63,373 bases of DNA, filler included, from Chiloscyllium plagiosum (GCF_004010195.1; 3 parts of one record of this genome joined end to end with filler, not necessarily neighbours in it), one strand, 5' to 3'. Positions 25,643-37,300 are shown, counted from the first letter of the whole stretch. Translations and numbers: made by a program. Notes: generated by a model not told the origin, from the sequence alone.

Positions 25643-26459
25643 GGCGTACTGGAAGTCCTGCGTTGACTGCTTAGCATTGCACTTCAGCTTTCGAGGAAAG
25701 ACAGAGGGAGTACTCACAGAACACAGAAGCAGTGAGTGATTGACACGTCAAGCAATGAAGGATTACTGACCGCATAATCGCTCACTGCACTGTAAACACA
25801 CTCTTGTCTGATGGATAAACACACTTAGACGACACCTGAAACTGACAAGACATGCAGTCAGCAACCGCAAATCAAGCAGACACATCCAAAGCAAATGCTT
25901 AGAAACCACAAGACAGAAAAATAAGTGAACTGTTGGAGCCTCTGGCAATTTCCTTCGAGCTGAGGAATCTCTTAGCTCTGGCCGTGATTGATACAATCAA
26001 GACACAATCAAGCATCCAGCAGCATCAATCAGTTCTAGAATGGGATCAGGAGGCTCCAGATCTCTTCGTGGGTATGTGAGAATGTCCCTCTCCTTGGCAG
26101 TAAGGCGATACCATTGGTGGTCTCCAGAGATGAGCAAGGTATTCTGGTGCATCCCTGGCTGACCTGAGCTACATGTGGCTTTGCTATCACTGGGGTATTA
26201 GATTACTCTTCGGCCTTTGGGTCAGCTGTGTTTATCGGGACGAGGAAGCTTATTGGTAGTTTGTCTTGGGAAGTGTATTCTCTGGTTTGTGAATGACTGT
26301 GGTCATGTATGGTTTCCCTTGTCAGCCTGTTTGGTCAATGCTGAGGCATTTTGGGTGTTCGTTGTATGGCTTGGACAGGCTTGATTTTCTGTGTTCTTAT
26401 TGGCCATGCTGTGTGNNNNNNNNNNNNNNNNNNNNNNNNNNNNNNNNNNNNNNNNNNNN

Positions 26460-26471
26460 TTAATTAATTAA
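26460..26471. other. Artificial scaffold linker TTAATTAATTAA inside an N gap (also at 53785-53796)
   Basis: Identical 12-mer with stops in all six frames, centred in two 100-nt gaps. Confidence 0.9.
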
Positions 26472-26515
26472 NNNNNNNNNNNNNNNNNNNNNNNNNNNNN
26501 NNNNNNNNNNNNNNN

Positions 26516-26700
26516 TACTTGCGGATTATCAGACTCAGGGACCGTTAATAACACACATGAAAATGATATTTGACAAAATCCCAAAACTAAGAGGGCTGGT
26601 ATCATAACTCTAAGCATCCCCAGCATTCTAAAAGTCGTGCTGAAGCACAAAAAGACTTAATATACAATCCCATAGAAATAATCCTGCGCTCGCGTCGCCA
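26516..26700 (-). pseudogene. env: ERV-B env N-terminus (signal-peptide-like), truncated by a gap
   Basis: MLGMLRVMIPALLVLGFCQISFSCV hydrophobic stretch directly after the integrase end. Confidence 0.55.
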
Positions 26701-26739
26701 CTGTATAATCTGTTACTCAAAGTCTCTTTAGCATGAGTT

Positions 26740-28005
26740 TCAGCGGTTATTGCATTGATTCAGCAACCCAGACTTCTTCCTCAACTGGAGATTCCACTGG
26801 CCCTTTGATCCAAGTGTAGTGAGTCCAGCCTTTCTCCGCCGTCCTTATTGCCGTCTCTGTCATGAGGAGGGCTTGATACGGACCTTCCCAGTCTGGCTGA
26901 AGTTTCATCTCCGACCACGATTTGATGAGGACCCAATCGTCCAGTCTGAGTGGATACACTTCAACGTCAATGGGTGGCGTCTGGGCAAGCAGACCCTGAG
27001 TTCAAGGAAAAGATAGAGAACTGGACACGGCCAATATATACTTCCTTAACTTCTGTTCATTAATTTCCACAATTGGAACCTCCCCTTTTGTGCCTAAATA
27101 AGGTAAGCCGAACAATATTTCATAAGGGCACAATCCCAAGTCCTTTCTAGGCGCTGTTTGCACCCTTAGGAGGGCCAAGGGTAGACACTTTGTCCACGGG
27201 GGTTTGGTCTCAAGTACTAGTTTAGATAGTTGCTTTTTTCAGCGTCTGATTCATTCTTTCAACCTTTCCTGATGAGGATGGGTGCCAAGGGGTGTGAAGT
27301 TCCCAGGGGATTCCTAAACTTTTCATTGTCTCCTATAATACTTTAGACTTAATATGTGTACCTTGATCTGAGCCTATATGTTCTATTACTCCTTACCTGG
27401 AAATTATCTGTTCAAGAATCTCCTTGGATACCCCATTCGCAGTAGCTGTAGCCAAGGGGTATGCTTGGACCCATCCGGACAAATGGTCAACGATCACCAA
27501 CTGGTACTTCAACCTTCCCACCCGGGTTAACTCGGTATACTCTGCCTGGATACTCAGAAATTGTCGTAGTCCAGGTGGTCGTTCTCCCTGAACGTGTCTC
27601 CTCACAACCTTTTTGTTTATCTTTTTACATGTTTTGCATCCTTCACATATCTGTTTGGCAATGGTATATACTCCTTTACATCCATATCTTTGCTGGACGA
27701 AATCGCACATTGCCTGCACCCCCAATGACTTCCCTGATGCAAAATGGTCATAATTTCTCGCATCATCAGTTTATTAAGCATCTCCCTTCCATCAGGTAGC
27801 AGCCAACGCCCCTCTTCTGATTTAAATGCACCTATGTCTTTCAGTTCCTCCTCCTCCTCCTTAGTATTAAATAACGGAGTAGTCAGAGGATTAGGGAGCG
27901 AAGGTATCAGGGGATATATTACTGCTTCTGGTGGACTCATGGCCCCCTCCCTAGCTGCCTCATCCGCCAATCTATTCTCCCTTATTTCTCGGGTATCTCC
28001 GTTCC
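26740..28005 (-). pseudogene. pol: ERV-B pol remnant: RNase H tail and integrase
   Basis: NRLADEAA; HHCC (HQGSHWG...CKTC); LVIVDHLSGWV.AYP; SDQGTH; SSGKVERMNQTL; WEGPYQ.LL; WTH. Confidence 0.92.
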
Positions 28006-28009
28006 TTTA

Positions 28010-29448
28010 CCATACCCTTGTTTTTTCTCATTCGGCCACATATTTCTTCGGTTATCTATTTCCTTTGTTTCAGTCCTTTTCTTATGTACCTCATCAACCG
28101 TAGTACCTCATCGATTTTGCCTTTTGTTTCTGCGTTTCGTCCTCTCTCCTTACAAATAGTCTCTGAACCTCTCTCAGCAATTCGTGCAATGGTTTCTCAC
28201 TCCATCCCTCTATTTTCTTTATTTTCTTCTGAATAACTGGCCAAGACTTAGTCACAAAGTGTATTTTCAACAATCCTTCCCCAACTGGTCCCTCTAAGTC
28301 CATCGCAGAATATTTGCGCATGAAGTCCTTCAGTCTTTGTAAAAACTCCAAGGGACTCTCTTCCTTTCCTTGACATACCTCAAATGCCTTCGTGAAATTC
28401 TGCGACTTCAGGGTGGCTTCTCCAATTGCCCTTATTAATAAACTTTTCATAATTTTCTTTTTTTCCCTATCTTCTTGTTTTTGATGATCCCAATTGGGGT
28501 TTCTTAAGGGGAACATATCCTCTGCCTGACCTGCCCCTTCAGTTCCCATGGGGTGTTCCCTGTACCAGACCTCAAATGCTGCTTTCCTTATCAACCCGCT
28601 TTCTTCTCCACTAAACAAAATATTTAGTATGTACATCAATTCTGTCCAAGTATATACATGCGGATCCAGGAATTAATCAATCTGTTTTGACAAACCTACC
28701 AGGTCTTCTATAATTATTTTCATTTCTTTTTAAAAGTACCTTCCTTCCCCACTATTTACAGCGGCATGAACAAATCCAATTTCTCTTTCTCCGATCGGGA
28801 CCTCTCTTAATGGAAGCATGTTTTGGAGCAACATTTCTTCCACCTCCCCTTCACTTTCTTCTAATCTTTCCATTTTGCTTCTGGTGCGTTTTGCAGTCGG
28901 GACCTGACTTTTATCTATTTCCTGTTCTGTCTCAGACGTGGTGGGACCTTCATCTCCCTGTCCCAGTCCCACTGCCTGCCCCTGACTCATAGCAGAAACC
29001 GCCACGGGCTGTTGGATTCTTCCGTATAGCGGGGGTAAATTATTTAATACCTCTCATGGGGATAGAGGTGGTGCACTAGGGATTTTCTTTTCATCTATGT
29101 TTACAGTGCACATCCGTATTTTAGATTCACCCTACCAACAGGAGGCATAATCAGACTCATCCTGACTGAAGGGTTCTTTTGCATTAATATATAAATTTAA
29201 ACAGTGACAAACCCAGTCCTCGTCCGACCCGTACTTTGGCCAGAAGACGGTAGGATGAAGAATAGGTTCCTTAGTCCATACAAAATAACAATACTTAATC
29301 ATCTTCTTTCTATCTTTTTGTCGTGTGTGTCATCATTTTGTTTCCGATTTCCCAACATCCTATCCAACGGACTGTCTGGAGGAATGTTGCCAGGAACGCT
29401 ACCTTTGTCAACGAAGGATTTTCCTTTACTACTTGTTGCACAACCCAT
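28010..29448 (-). pseudogene. gag: ERV-B gag (MA-CA) pseudogene, copy A
   Basis: MGCATS start; IPPDSPL; FWPKYGSDEDW; LPPLY; LPLREVP; FP..NPNWD; MHR QGKEESPLEFLQRL. Confidence 0.9.
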
Positions 29449-30061
29449 TTCACCCTGGTTCACCACCCATTGGCCTCAATCACCTCTCCCGATAGCTATG
29501 CAATCCTTACAGAATCTGAGGATTCTTTCCCCCAGAAAACTCAGGTAAATCCTTGAGTACAACTCAAGGTAGAGCACTTTTTAGGGGTTAGCCTGACCCC
29601 TGTCAGGTGATTCTGGCGTTCTTATCAATCGCGAATAAGGAATCGAGTTAAGGGTCCCACCGCTATGAACCAGAAACCTCGAGTCGAACTAGAGGTAGGC
29701 GTTTGGTACTCCCGATCCCCCAGGTTACTTTCGTTAGTCCCTCATAACTACTAAAATCCAAGCCCCAGCCACCAAGGTAGTACTTAAATGTCAGTTTTCT
29801 TTCCTTGGTCCAGGAACCGAGTTACCTGGCTATTAGACGTCTTCCGGTTATGCCTTCCCCCTTGGGTCCCACCCAAGGTCCCCTTGAGTCCAACTGAAAG
29901 TACACACACTCACTACCAACTGGTTCGGAACGACACTTAAAGGATTCAATTCAGGCAATCCCTCAAGACACCCACCAGTGAAAAACACGAGACTGTTCTA
30001 AAGGAATGGTGCGCGCCTTCTCAGTTATCGATGGTGGGAGCCTTTTCAAGAGCTGAAGTTC

Positions 30062-30079
30062 ATCCCGGACGAGCCCTCA
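30062..30079 (-). promoter_or_regulatory. tRNA-Pro primer binding site, copy A
   Basis: TGAGGGCTCGTCCGGGAT, one mismatch from the canonical PBS-Pro TGGGGGCTCGTCCGGGAT. Confidence 0.9.
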
Positions 30080-30081
30080 GT

Positions 30082-30621
30082 TGTGAGAAACGAAACCACT
30101 GAATCAATAATTTCCAATCCGAGTCAAATAGTACCGAAGCAGTACATTCATTTGAACATCTTTAAAGATGGATGGCTCTCCGAGGAGAGTCACAGCCAAC
30201 AGTAAAATACAGAGTTTTTAAATATTTTTCTGAGGGGGTCTCTCGACACCCCTGCATTAAGCAATAAACGTATCATAAGTATCTATTTCATTCTATCCCC
30301 TAATTGGTTATTCCCTGCACCCAAGAGTAAGCCAATCATGCTTATTAATTACCTCACTTGTTTTCCTTTTAAGTCTGTCTTATTTGGTTGTCCTTGTTCG
30401 TTACAGCCTTCCTGTTATTTTACCCAGTTCCTCTTTTCTAACCTTCTGACTTCTGAGATCATCCTTTACTATTTTGATAGTCCAAAAAGCGGACCTACAA
30501 ACAATGCGCTTCTTGCGAAATGCCCATCCTGCTTCTTTTGTGGTCAGTTGCAACACTGAAAGTTATTTCTTAACTTAAAACTATTTCTTTAAAAGACCCT
30601 CTATATTCGTTAAAATCAACA
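30082..30621 (-). mobile_element. ERV-B 5' LTR, copy A
   Basis: TG...CA termini on the minus strand, ending 2 nt before the PBS; the 5' boundary is inferred because no 3' LTR is visible. Confidence 0.7.
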
Positions 30622-30634
30622 TACACCTGGCAAC

Positions 30635-30872
30635 CTGAAATTTTTCTCTCTCAATGACCAACAAATGAAGCACAAGTTTCAGAGAGGAGACACTCTGTAA
30701 AGAGATCAGAGGCATCTTCCGAACTCAGCCTGGATTTCCCAATAACATTTTCCAAATCCACACTAAACCGTGTGTGACAGTTGTGAGGGATTGAATGAGA
30801 TCCTGTGTTACTGTGGACCAGGTATTTGGAGCACGTGCCCCCCATCTACTCTTTGCAGGAGGTTTGAAGGAC
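30635..30872 (-). pseudogene. Exon-like segment of an unidentified gene family (paralogs at about 44240-44476 and 55774-55954)
   Basis: ttcag acceptor and cag|gt donor; L(E/G)NV(I/L).KSRL conserved between distant copies. Confidence 0.35.
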
Positions 30873-31899
30873 TGAATACAATATAGGAACATAGGACTGA
30901 GGAGCATATGTGGGTCATTAGACACTTTGTAACTTTTCCACTACGCACTAACACTGTGGCTGATCTGATTATGGTTTCAGTAGCACTTTTCTGACTGTGT
31001 ACCATTTTCCTACATTCACCTGTCTCTCAAATTTTCACCAAAAACAACTTTGGATAAAGGCAAACATCCAGGCACCACAAACTTCTGTGGAAGGGAATTC
31101 ACACTTTAACAGCCCTTTGAGAATTTCGCATTTGTGTTCCAACCAATGTTGGAGGGTCACTGCTTCCTCTTCCTGTCCCACTCCTCCACTGGTTACAACA
31201 AATTATAAATGAAAACATTTAGTGATATGACCAATGATGCAGGTCTCAGACTGGGTCATTTTCTAGAAAAATATGAGACACAGAAATTTGAACTCATAAC
31301 AAAAGTCAAAGTGATAGAGTGCCCCAAATGTTATTCTGCCTTTGAAGGTATTCTGCTCACACAATCTGCTGGGAATGGGATTTATTTCTGGAACAGTTGG
31401 ATTTGGCTGAATTCCCTTTGCTTTCGGTAGTGGAGACATTCCAATGAATATTCATCAGGAAGCCTTCAAAAGTGGTAAAGATGGCACAGGGATTTTGTGG
31501 TATCCAACTTTGCTATTGGCTACAACAAAGTACGAGAGATGGATCAATCGGCTGCTGCTTCTCAGGCACGGAGCATTTTTCTCCCTCTCTGTGTTGGAGA
31601 ATAAAATATGTCAATTGCACACCACACTGTGCCATGTGCGCGCTCCATGAACATTCTCTGGAATGGATGATTATGGACTCTATGCAGCAGCAGCATTGCT
31701 GTTATTGTACATCGCGCCTTTCATGAGCAAATTATGTTCCCCCTTAACAATGTGATGACATTTTTATATGCATCTGTGTAATTTGTACATATTGGTCGAT
31801 GTCTTTTATAATATGTGTGTTATTGTCAATGCACCTCATTCTTAAAATATATTCTCTGGCTTTATTCTCATTAACAATGCGTCCAGCTGATACACTTTT

Positions 31900-32276
31900 C
31901 AGAAAATCATGGATGGTTCAATAAGATTTCTCATCTGAGATCGAAACTGATAATTCCCCATAACAAATCCCCCTTCATTCCAGGAATGAGTTAATGGAAA
32001 CATATTTGACAATCCTCTAAACGAATTATATATATATTTTTTAAGTTTAGGGGATCAGAACTGCACACCGTGTATCAGGTGTGGTCTCAGCAAGGCCCTG
32101 TATAGATGCAATAAACCATCCTTCATTAAACCCGATAAATTTTGCCAGAAACATCATCATCCCATTTACCATTCAAATCATTTTGCTGTATCTGCAGCCT
32201 GACTTCATATGATTCATGTGCCAGGAACATGGAAACCTCCTGTATCATAGAGCTCGGCAATATCTCTCCATTTTAC
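31900..32276 (-). mobile_element. Old CR1 3' fragment (duplicated at about 45520-45878)
   Basis: cagaactgcacac..gtggtctc..gccctgtatag, the reverse of RPHL.Y.VQFW. Confidence 0.6.
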
Positions 32277-32535
32277 TTAGATTAGAATACTTACAGTGTG
32301 GAAACAGGCCCTTCGGCACAACAAGTCCACACTGACTCTCCGAAGAGCAACCCACCTCTATTAACCCCTTCACCTAACAATATGGGCAATTTAGCATTGT
32401 CAATTCAGCTAACCTGCACATTATTGGATTGTGGGAGGAAACCGGAGCACTCGGAGGAAACCCCCACAGACACGGTGAGAATGTGCAAACTCCACACATA
32501 TACTTGCCTGAGACGGGAATTGAACCCGGGTGTCT
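32277..32535 (-). mobile_element. HE1-like SINE
   Basis: ttagattag tail and V-domain; complete paralog at 45880-46198. Confidence 0.9.
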
Positions 32536-32877
32536 NNNNNNNNNNNNNNNNNNNNNNNNNNNNNNNNNNNNNNNNNNNNNNNNNNNNNNNNNNNNNNNNN
32601 NNNNNNNNNNNNNNNNNNNNNNNNNNNNNNNNNNNNNNNNNNNNNNNNNNNNNNNNNNNNNNNNNNNNNNNNNNNNNNNNNNNNNNNNNNNNNNNNNNNN
32701 NNNNNNNNNNNNNNNNNNNNNNNNNNNNNNNNNNNNNNNNNNNNNNNNNNNNNNNNNNNNNNNNNNNNNNNNNNNNNNNNNNNNNNNNNNNNNNNNNNNN
32801 NNNNNNNNNNNNNNNNNNNNNNCCTTCCGTCTCATTGTAACGAACCTGTCTGTCTAAATGGAGTGGTTCCCTATCCT

Positions 32878-33735
32878 GCTACAGCCTTGCGGGGTGGATT
32901 AAGGGAACAACACCTGGGGTAGGGGCAGCAGTATATCTCTGCAACAGCCTCGAGGGATGGATTGAGGGAAAAACATATGGGGCAGGGAAATCAGCATATC
33001 TCTGTAACAGCTTCGAGGGTGGATTGAGGGAACAACATATGGGGTAGGGACAGCAGCATATCTCTGCAACAGCCTCGCGGGATGGATTGAGGGAGAAACA
33101 CATGGGGCAGGGATAGCAGTATAACTCTGTAGCAGCCTCGAGGGTGGATTGAGGGAGCAACACATGGGGTAGGGGCAGTAGTATGTTTTTGTAACAGCCT
33201 TGGGGGTGGATTGAGGAGACAACACATGGTGTTTGGGCAGCAATATATCTTTGTAACAGGCTCGAGGGTGGATTGAGCGGACTACACATGGGGTAGGGAC
33301 AGCAGCAGATCTCTGCAACAGCCTCGAGGGTGGATTGAGGGGACAACACACGGGGCAGGGATAGCAGTATATAATAACAGCATCGAGGGGTGGATTGAGG
33401 GGACAACACATGGGGCACGGGCAGCAGTATATCGCTAACAGCCTCGAGGGTGGATTGAGGGAAAGACACATGGGGTAGGGGCAGCAGTATATCTCTGTAA
33501 CAGCTTCGAGGTGGATTGAGAGAACAACACAGGTGGTAGGGGCAGCAGTATATTTCTGTAACAGCCTTGGGGGTTCATTGAGGTAACAACACATGGGATA
33601 GTGTCAGCAGAATATCTCTGTGACAGCCTCGAGCTGCGGTTTGAGAGAAGAACACGTGGGGTAGGGACAGCAGTGTACCTCTGTAACAACCTCAAGGGCT
33701 GGATTGAGGAACAATACATGTCGTAGGATCAGCAG
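32878..33735. repeat. 62/63-bp minisatellite, about 14 units, copy A
   Basis: Unit approximately ggggtaggggcagcagtatatctctgtaacagcctcgaggg(a)tggattgagggaacaacacat. Confidence 0.95.
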
Positions 33736-35454
33736 TTGGCCATTTGGCTGCACCATTCAGAATGCTCATAGCTGATCCGAGTGCGTCTGACCATCCGTCT
33801 CCTGGCTGTTTCCAATAAATATTGACTCTCCTGTCCAGCAAAGATCAGTCGAGTTGAGCCTTGAATATCTTCAATAAACGAGTCTTCACTGCTCCCTGAG
33901 GATGAGGACACCACAGATAGCACAAGTCTAAAGGGAAAGGGACATCTTTATTTCATTGTGGGACCCCTTATTTTAAACTGTGTTAACCTAACATCAAATC
34001 ACCACCTCTTTTCCCACATAAGGACACAATTAATAGGAATAAGCATGAACCATTCAACCCTCCAAACCTGTCCCACATTCCCACTGACTCTTTCCAATCA
34101 AGTATGTATTAAAACCAGCCCCTGGCGCTGTCTCAGGAAGGGAATGTCTGATAGCATTACACCACAAAAGCATTAAAAAAGAAGAATTAAACCATTCGGC
34201 CCGTCGAGTCTGATATGCCATTCATTAATTTCTTACATGTTCCTCACGTCATTCTCCTGCCTTCTCCCGAGAATCCTTGATGGTATATTGGGGTGCTTTA
34301 CCCAATACATCTGTGTATTTGTATGTCTGCAATTCTGTGCAATGGGGTATCTGCTATTTTGGGAGTGAGAGAACTGACGTTGGAACTGACAATTGGTTTA
34401 AAGTGAGAATTACCCTTCAATTAAGATTACCCCTGACTAGGTTGGTGGGAAATCAATGATTCAGATTCTCCACACGAGGCATCCCGGTCCTGTCCGGCTC
34501 ATACCAGGGTCCTCCCCACATGGCGGGGGTGGGGGTGGGGTGGGGGGTGAGGAATGGATTTCGGGCACTCCACCGCCTGGTTTGGCCTTTTCTGTCCTTT
34601 TCCAGGCTGCATCTCCTGGGTAGGGAGAGTGGGATTGGGTATTCCTTCTGTTAATGCTGGTGTAGCTGGGGGGAGTTGTGAGGTGTCTTGAGGGAGTCTG
34701 TCCACTGAGTTGTATCCGTAAGGTGTCATTTGTGTGGGGGTTATTGCATCGGTGACAGAAATAAATGTACAGGAAGATACAGATGGAATGATCAGATGGT
34801 CAGCTCAATGGCAGATGGAATGTAACCCTGACAAATATGAGGTGATGCACTTTGGAAGAAAGAACCAGACAGTAGAGTACTCAATGAATGGTAGCACACT
34901 AGGAAGCTCAGAGGGTGCTTCTCCACACATCCCTGAATGTGACTGGATAGGGTAATGCATATTTTGACAAAGCATAGTGACCATAAACATAGCCTTCATT
35001 CATCGAGGCATAGATTATAAGAGCTATATGAAACTTTGGTTAAGCCAAAATGGACCAAGCTGCTCCCAAAGGAATCAAATGCAACTTTTCCCAGCTGCTG
35101 ATGGTACTAAACGAAGTGAGATTGTGAGTGTGTGAGCATGATGTGACAAAGCTCCAAGGTGACTGAGTCAAGTGGAGTGTCTGGACAAATACGTGGCAGA
35201 TGGAGAGAAATGTCGGTCGATGTGACGTTGTGCTCTTTGATGGGAAAACCAGAACGACAACCTACCATTGAAAAGGTTGGTAAATGTTACTCTATAAAGG
35301 GAATTCTGCTCCATTTTCTGGTTTCCATCTGCGCATCCCTCCGAGGTCCATGCGGGGCAAGAATTCTGAATCCAGAAGTGAATACTGGGAATGGCATTGA
35401 CATGCTGACCAGCGTATATAGACCAACCAAGTGGGGAGCTGTAACATTGAAAAG

Positions 35455-36065
35455 CTCTTGGATCTCCCTGTACACCAGTCACTGAAAGCACTATTGCAGG
35501 TATGGAAAGCGGTTAGGAAGATAAATGGGATGTTGACCTTCATTTCAGGGGGATTTGAGTCCAGGCGTACGGATATCTTACTGCAGCTGTACAGAGCCTC
35601 AGTGCGACCCCATCTCGAACATTGTGCAGCATTGTGTGCAGTTTTGGTCTCCTTACCTATAAATGACAAAACTGACATCGAGGGAGAGCAGCGAAGGATG
35701 ACTAGACTGATCTCTGGGATGACAGGATTGTTGTGGGAGCAGAGTTTGGGGCGACTGGGCCTGTATTCCATGGGGTTTAGGAAAATGAGTGGAGATCTCA
35801 GTGAGATACATAAAACACTGACAGGGGCGAGACAGATTAGTAGCAGGGATGATAATTCCCCTGGCTGGGATGTCGAAAACAAGTGGTCACAGTATTAGTT
35901 ACAGGCAGGTCACTCTGTTTTGTGATGAGAAAAAATGTCTGCACTCAGATACTGGTGAACGTAGGGAATTCTCTCCCACATAAGGTTGTGGAAGTCAAGA
36001 CCCTGAATATAAGTAAGGACTTCTGGAAACTAAAGGACTGGAGCTGGAGCAGTACAATGCTTTGG
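35455..36065 (+). mobile_element. CR1 RT C-terminal/3' fragment
   Basis: LQLYRASVRPHLEHC; QRRMTRLISGM.GL; LGRLGLYS. Confidence 0.88.
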
Positions 36066-36379
36066 GGATAGAGGATCAGCCATCCTGACAGGTGGTTCTC
36101 CAATAATGTGGTAGTTGTGATCCTGTGGAACACTGTATTGTTAAAAATCATATAACATCAATAATGGGGCCTGTAGGAATAAAAACAGTGTGAGAGACAA
36201 ACCACCACCAACATAACTAAAACTCAGAACAAAAATAGTAGTTAGCGAAACACAAATCATAGCACAGTCAAAGTAAATCTTTCGATCATTATCTTGTATT
36301 GAAATAGTGCAGTAAATGTAATACTTCAACACTACAATCACTGACTACCGCACTGTACCTTTCATCAAGGTCTTCACCA

Positions 36380-36500
36380 GAAAGCGCGCGAGCTGACTGA
36401 CCACGTGATGCTAACGGCGGAATTCCAGTTATCCCCCAGGATCTCCACCCGGTTTGAAATAAAGTTCCTTCTAAATGTAGACTACAATTCCCGGTATCAG
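36380..36500. promoter_or_regulatory. Putative Pol II promoter with a ZNF143/THAP11-type ACTACAnnTCCC motif and an E-box
   Basis: actacaattccc at 36481-36492, ccacgtga near 36401, local CpG enrichment; minus-strand AAG|GTACAG donor near 36358. Confidence 0.5.
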
Positions 36501-37129
36501 GATCAGTATCAAGACTTGCAGAGCGGATTGCATTCCTGTTTTAGCAGAACACATTGATTGTACATATTGCAGACAGAGGATCCTGAGGCTGGGATTTACT
36601 GTTCAGCTGGTGCCACGGATGGAATCGTGTCACAGTGAATGGGAACTCCTTTTGTAAAGAAAGGTCCGCAATTCACTAATCACTTAACATCCACATCACG
36701 TTGAATAAGGACGTGTTTTAAGAGAACCTTAATGGAAAAGCAAAGTCGAAGGACCGATGTGGCTAATGCAGTTTATATTTCCTAATGGTTTATCCTATTA
36801 AGGGATATCTATATTTTGGGGGAAATGAGGATTCAGGAGATATTTGGCCATGGACTGGAATGGGGATCGCTCGATGTGTTGAATGGCCTACTCCATTCCA
36901 GATGTTTCTGTGCAGTTTGTGGGAAAGTTCTGTAAATGTTGTCACGAGCTCTCAGATGTTGGGAAGTAGGTCTCTGCAGGGCAACAGGACTGTGTTTCCC
37001 GTTCCCTTTTCCAATACCGAAGCTGGTGCTGAGTATTCTGTCCAGGTTGTCTCTTTACGATCTTGGAGAAGTGTGAAACAATAAAGTGTCTTGCGTGGTT
37101 GTTTCAGAGACCATTGACGTGTTTCTCAC

Positions 37130-37300
37130 ACGTCTGTGTGTCTGGAGTCACTTTTAGGCCAGACGAGGAAAGCACAGGAAATTCACTTCCTAAAAGTACA
37201 GTGGGGAAGTAAATTGTTGTTTACAATCGACATTGGCTTCAATGTCGCTGTTACTGACACCAGATTTTAGATCTCGATATGTTATTAATTGTTTTTAACA
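37130..37300 (-). mobile_element. Old SINE 3' half
   Basis: tctggagtcac..taggccagac..ttcctaaa pattern typical of elasmobranch SINEs. Confidence 0.5.

Larger units (their letters stand above)
20579..26415 (-). mobile_element. ERV-A copy 2: epsilon-like ERV relic (leader, gag, protease, unassigned 3' region; no recognisable RT, integrase or env)
   Basis: gag and pro motifs below; bounded by assembly gaps on both sides. Confidence 0.75.

Noticed and set aside
23800..25700. Initially considered a DNA-virus or foamy-virus accessory gene
   Set aside because: Matrix, capsid, CCHC and protease motifs in the expected order identify it as class I retroviral gag-pro.
26416..26515. ERV-B and ERV-A read as one long minus-strand provirus with accessory genes after env
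   Set aside because: They are joined only by an artificial linker gap, ERV-A has its own gag and protease, and no match to the ERV-B LTR occurs downstream.
32878..33735. Regularly spaced repeats resembling a CRISPR array
   Set aside because: Units are contiguous with no unique spacers, there are no cas genes, and the context is vertebrate.
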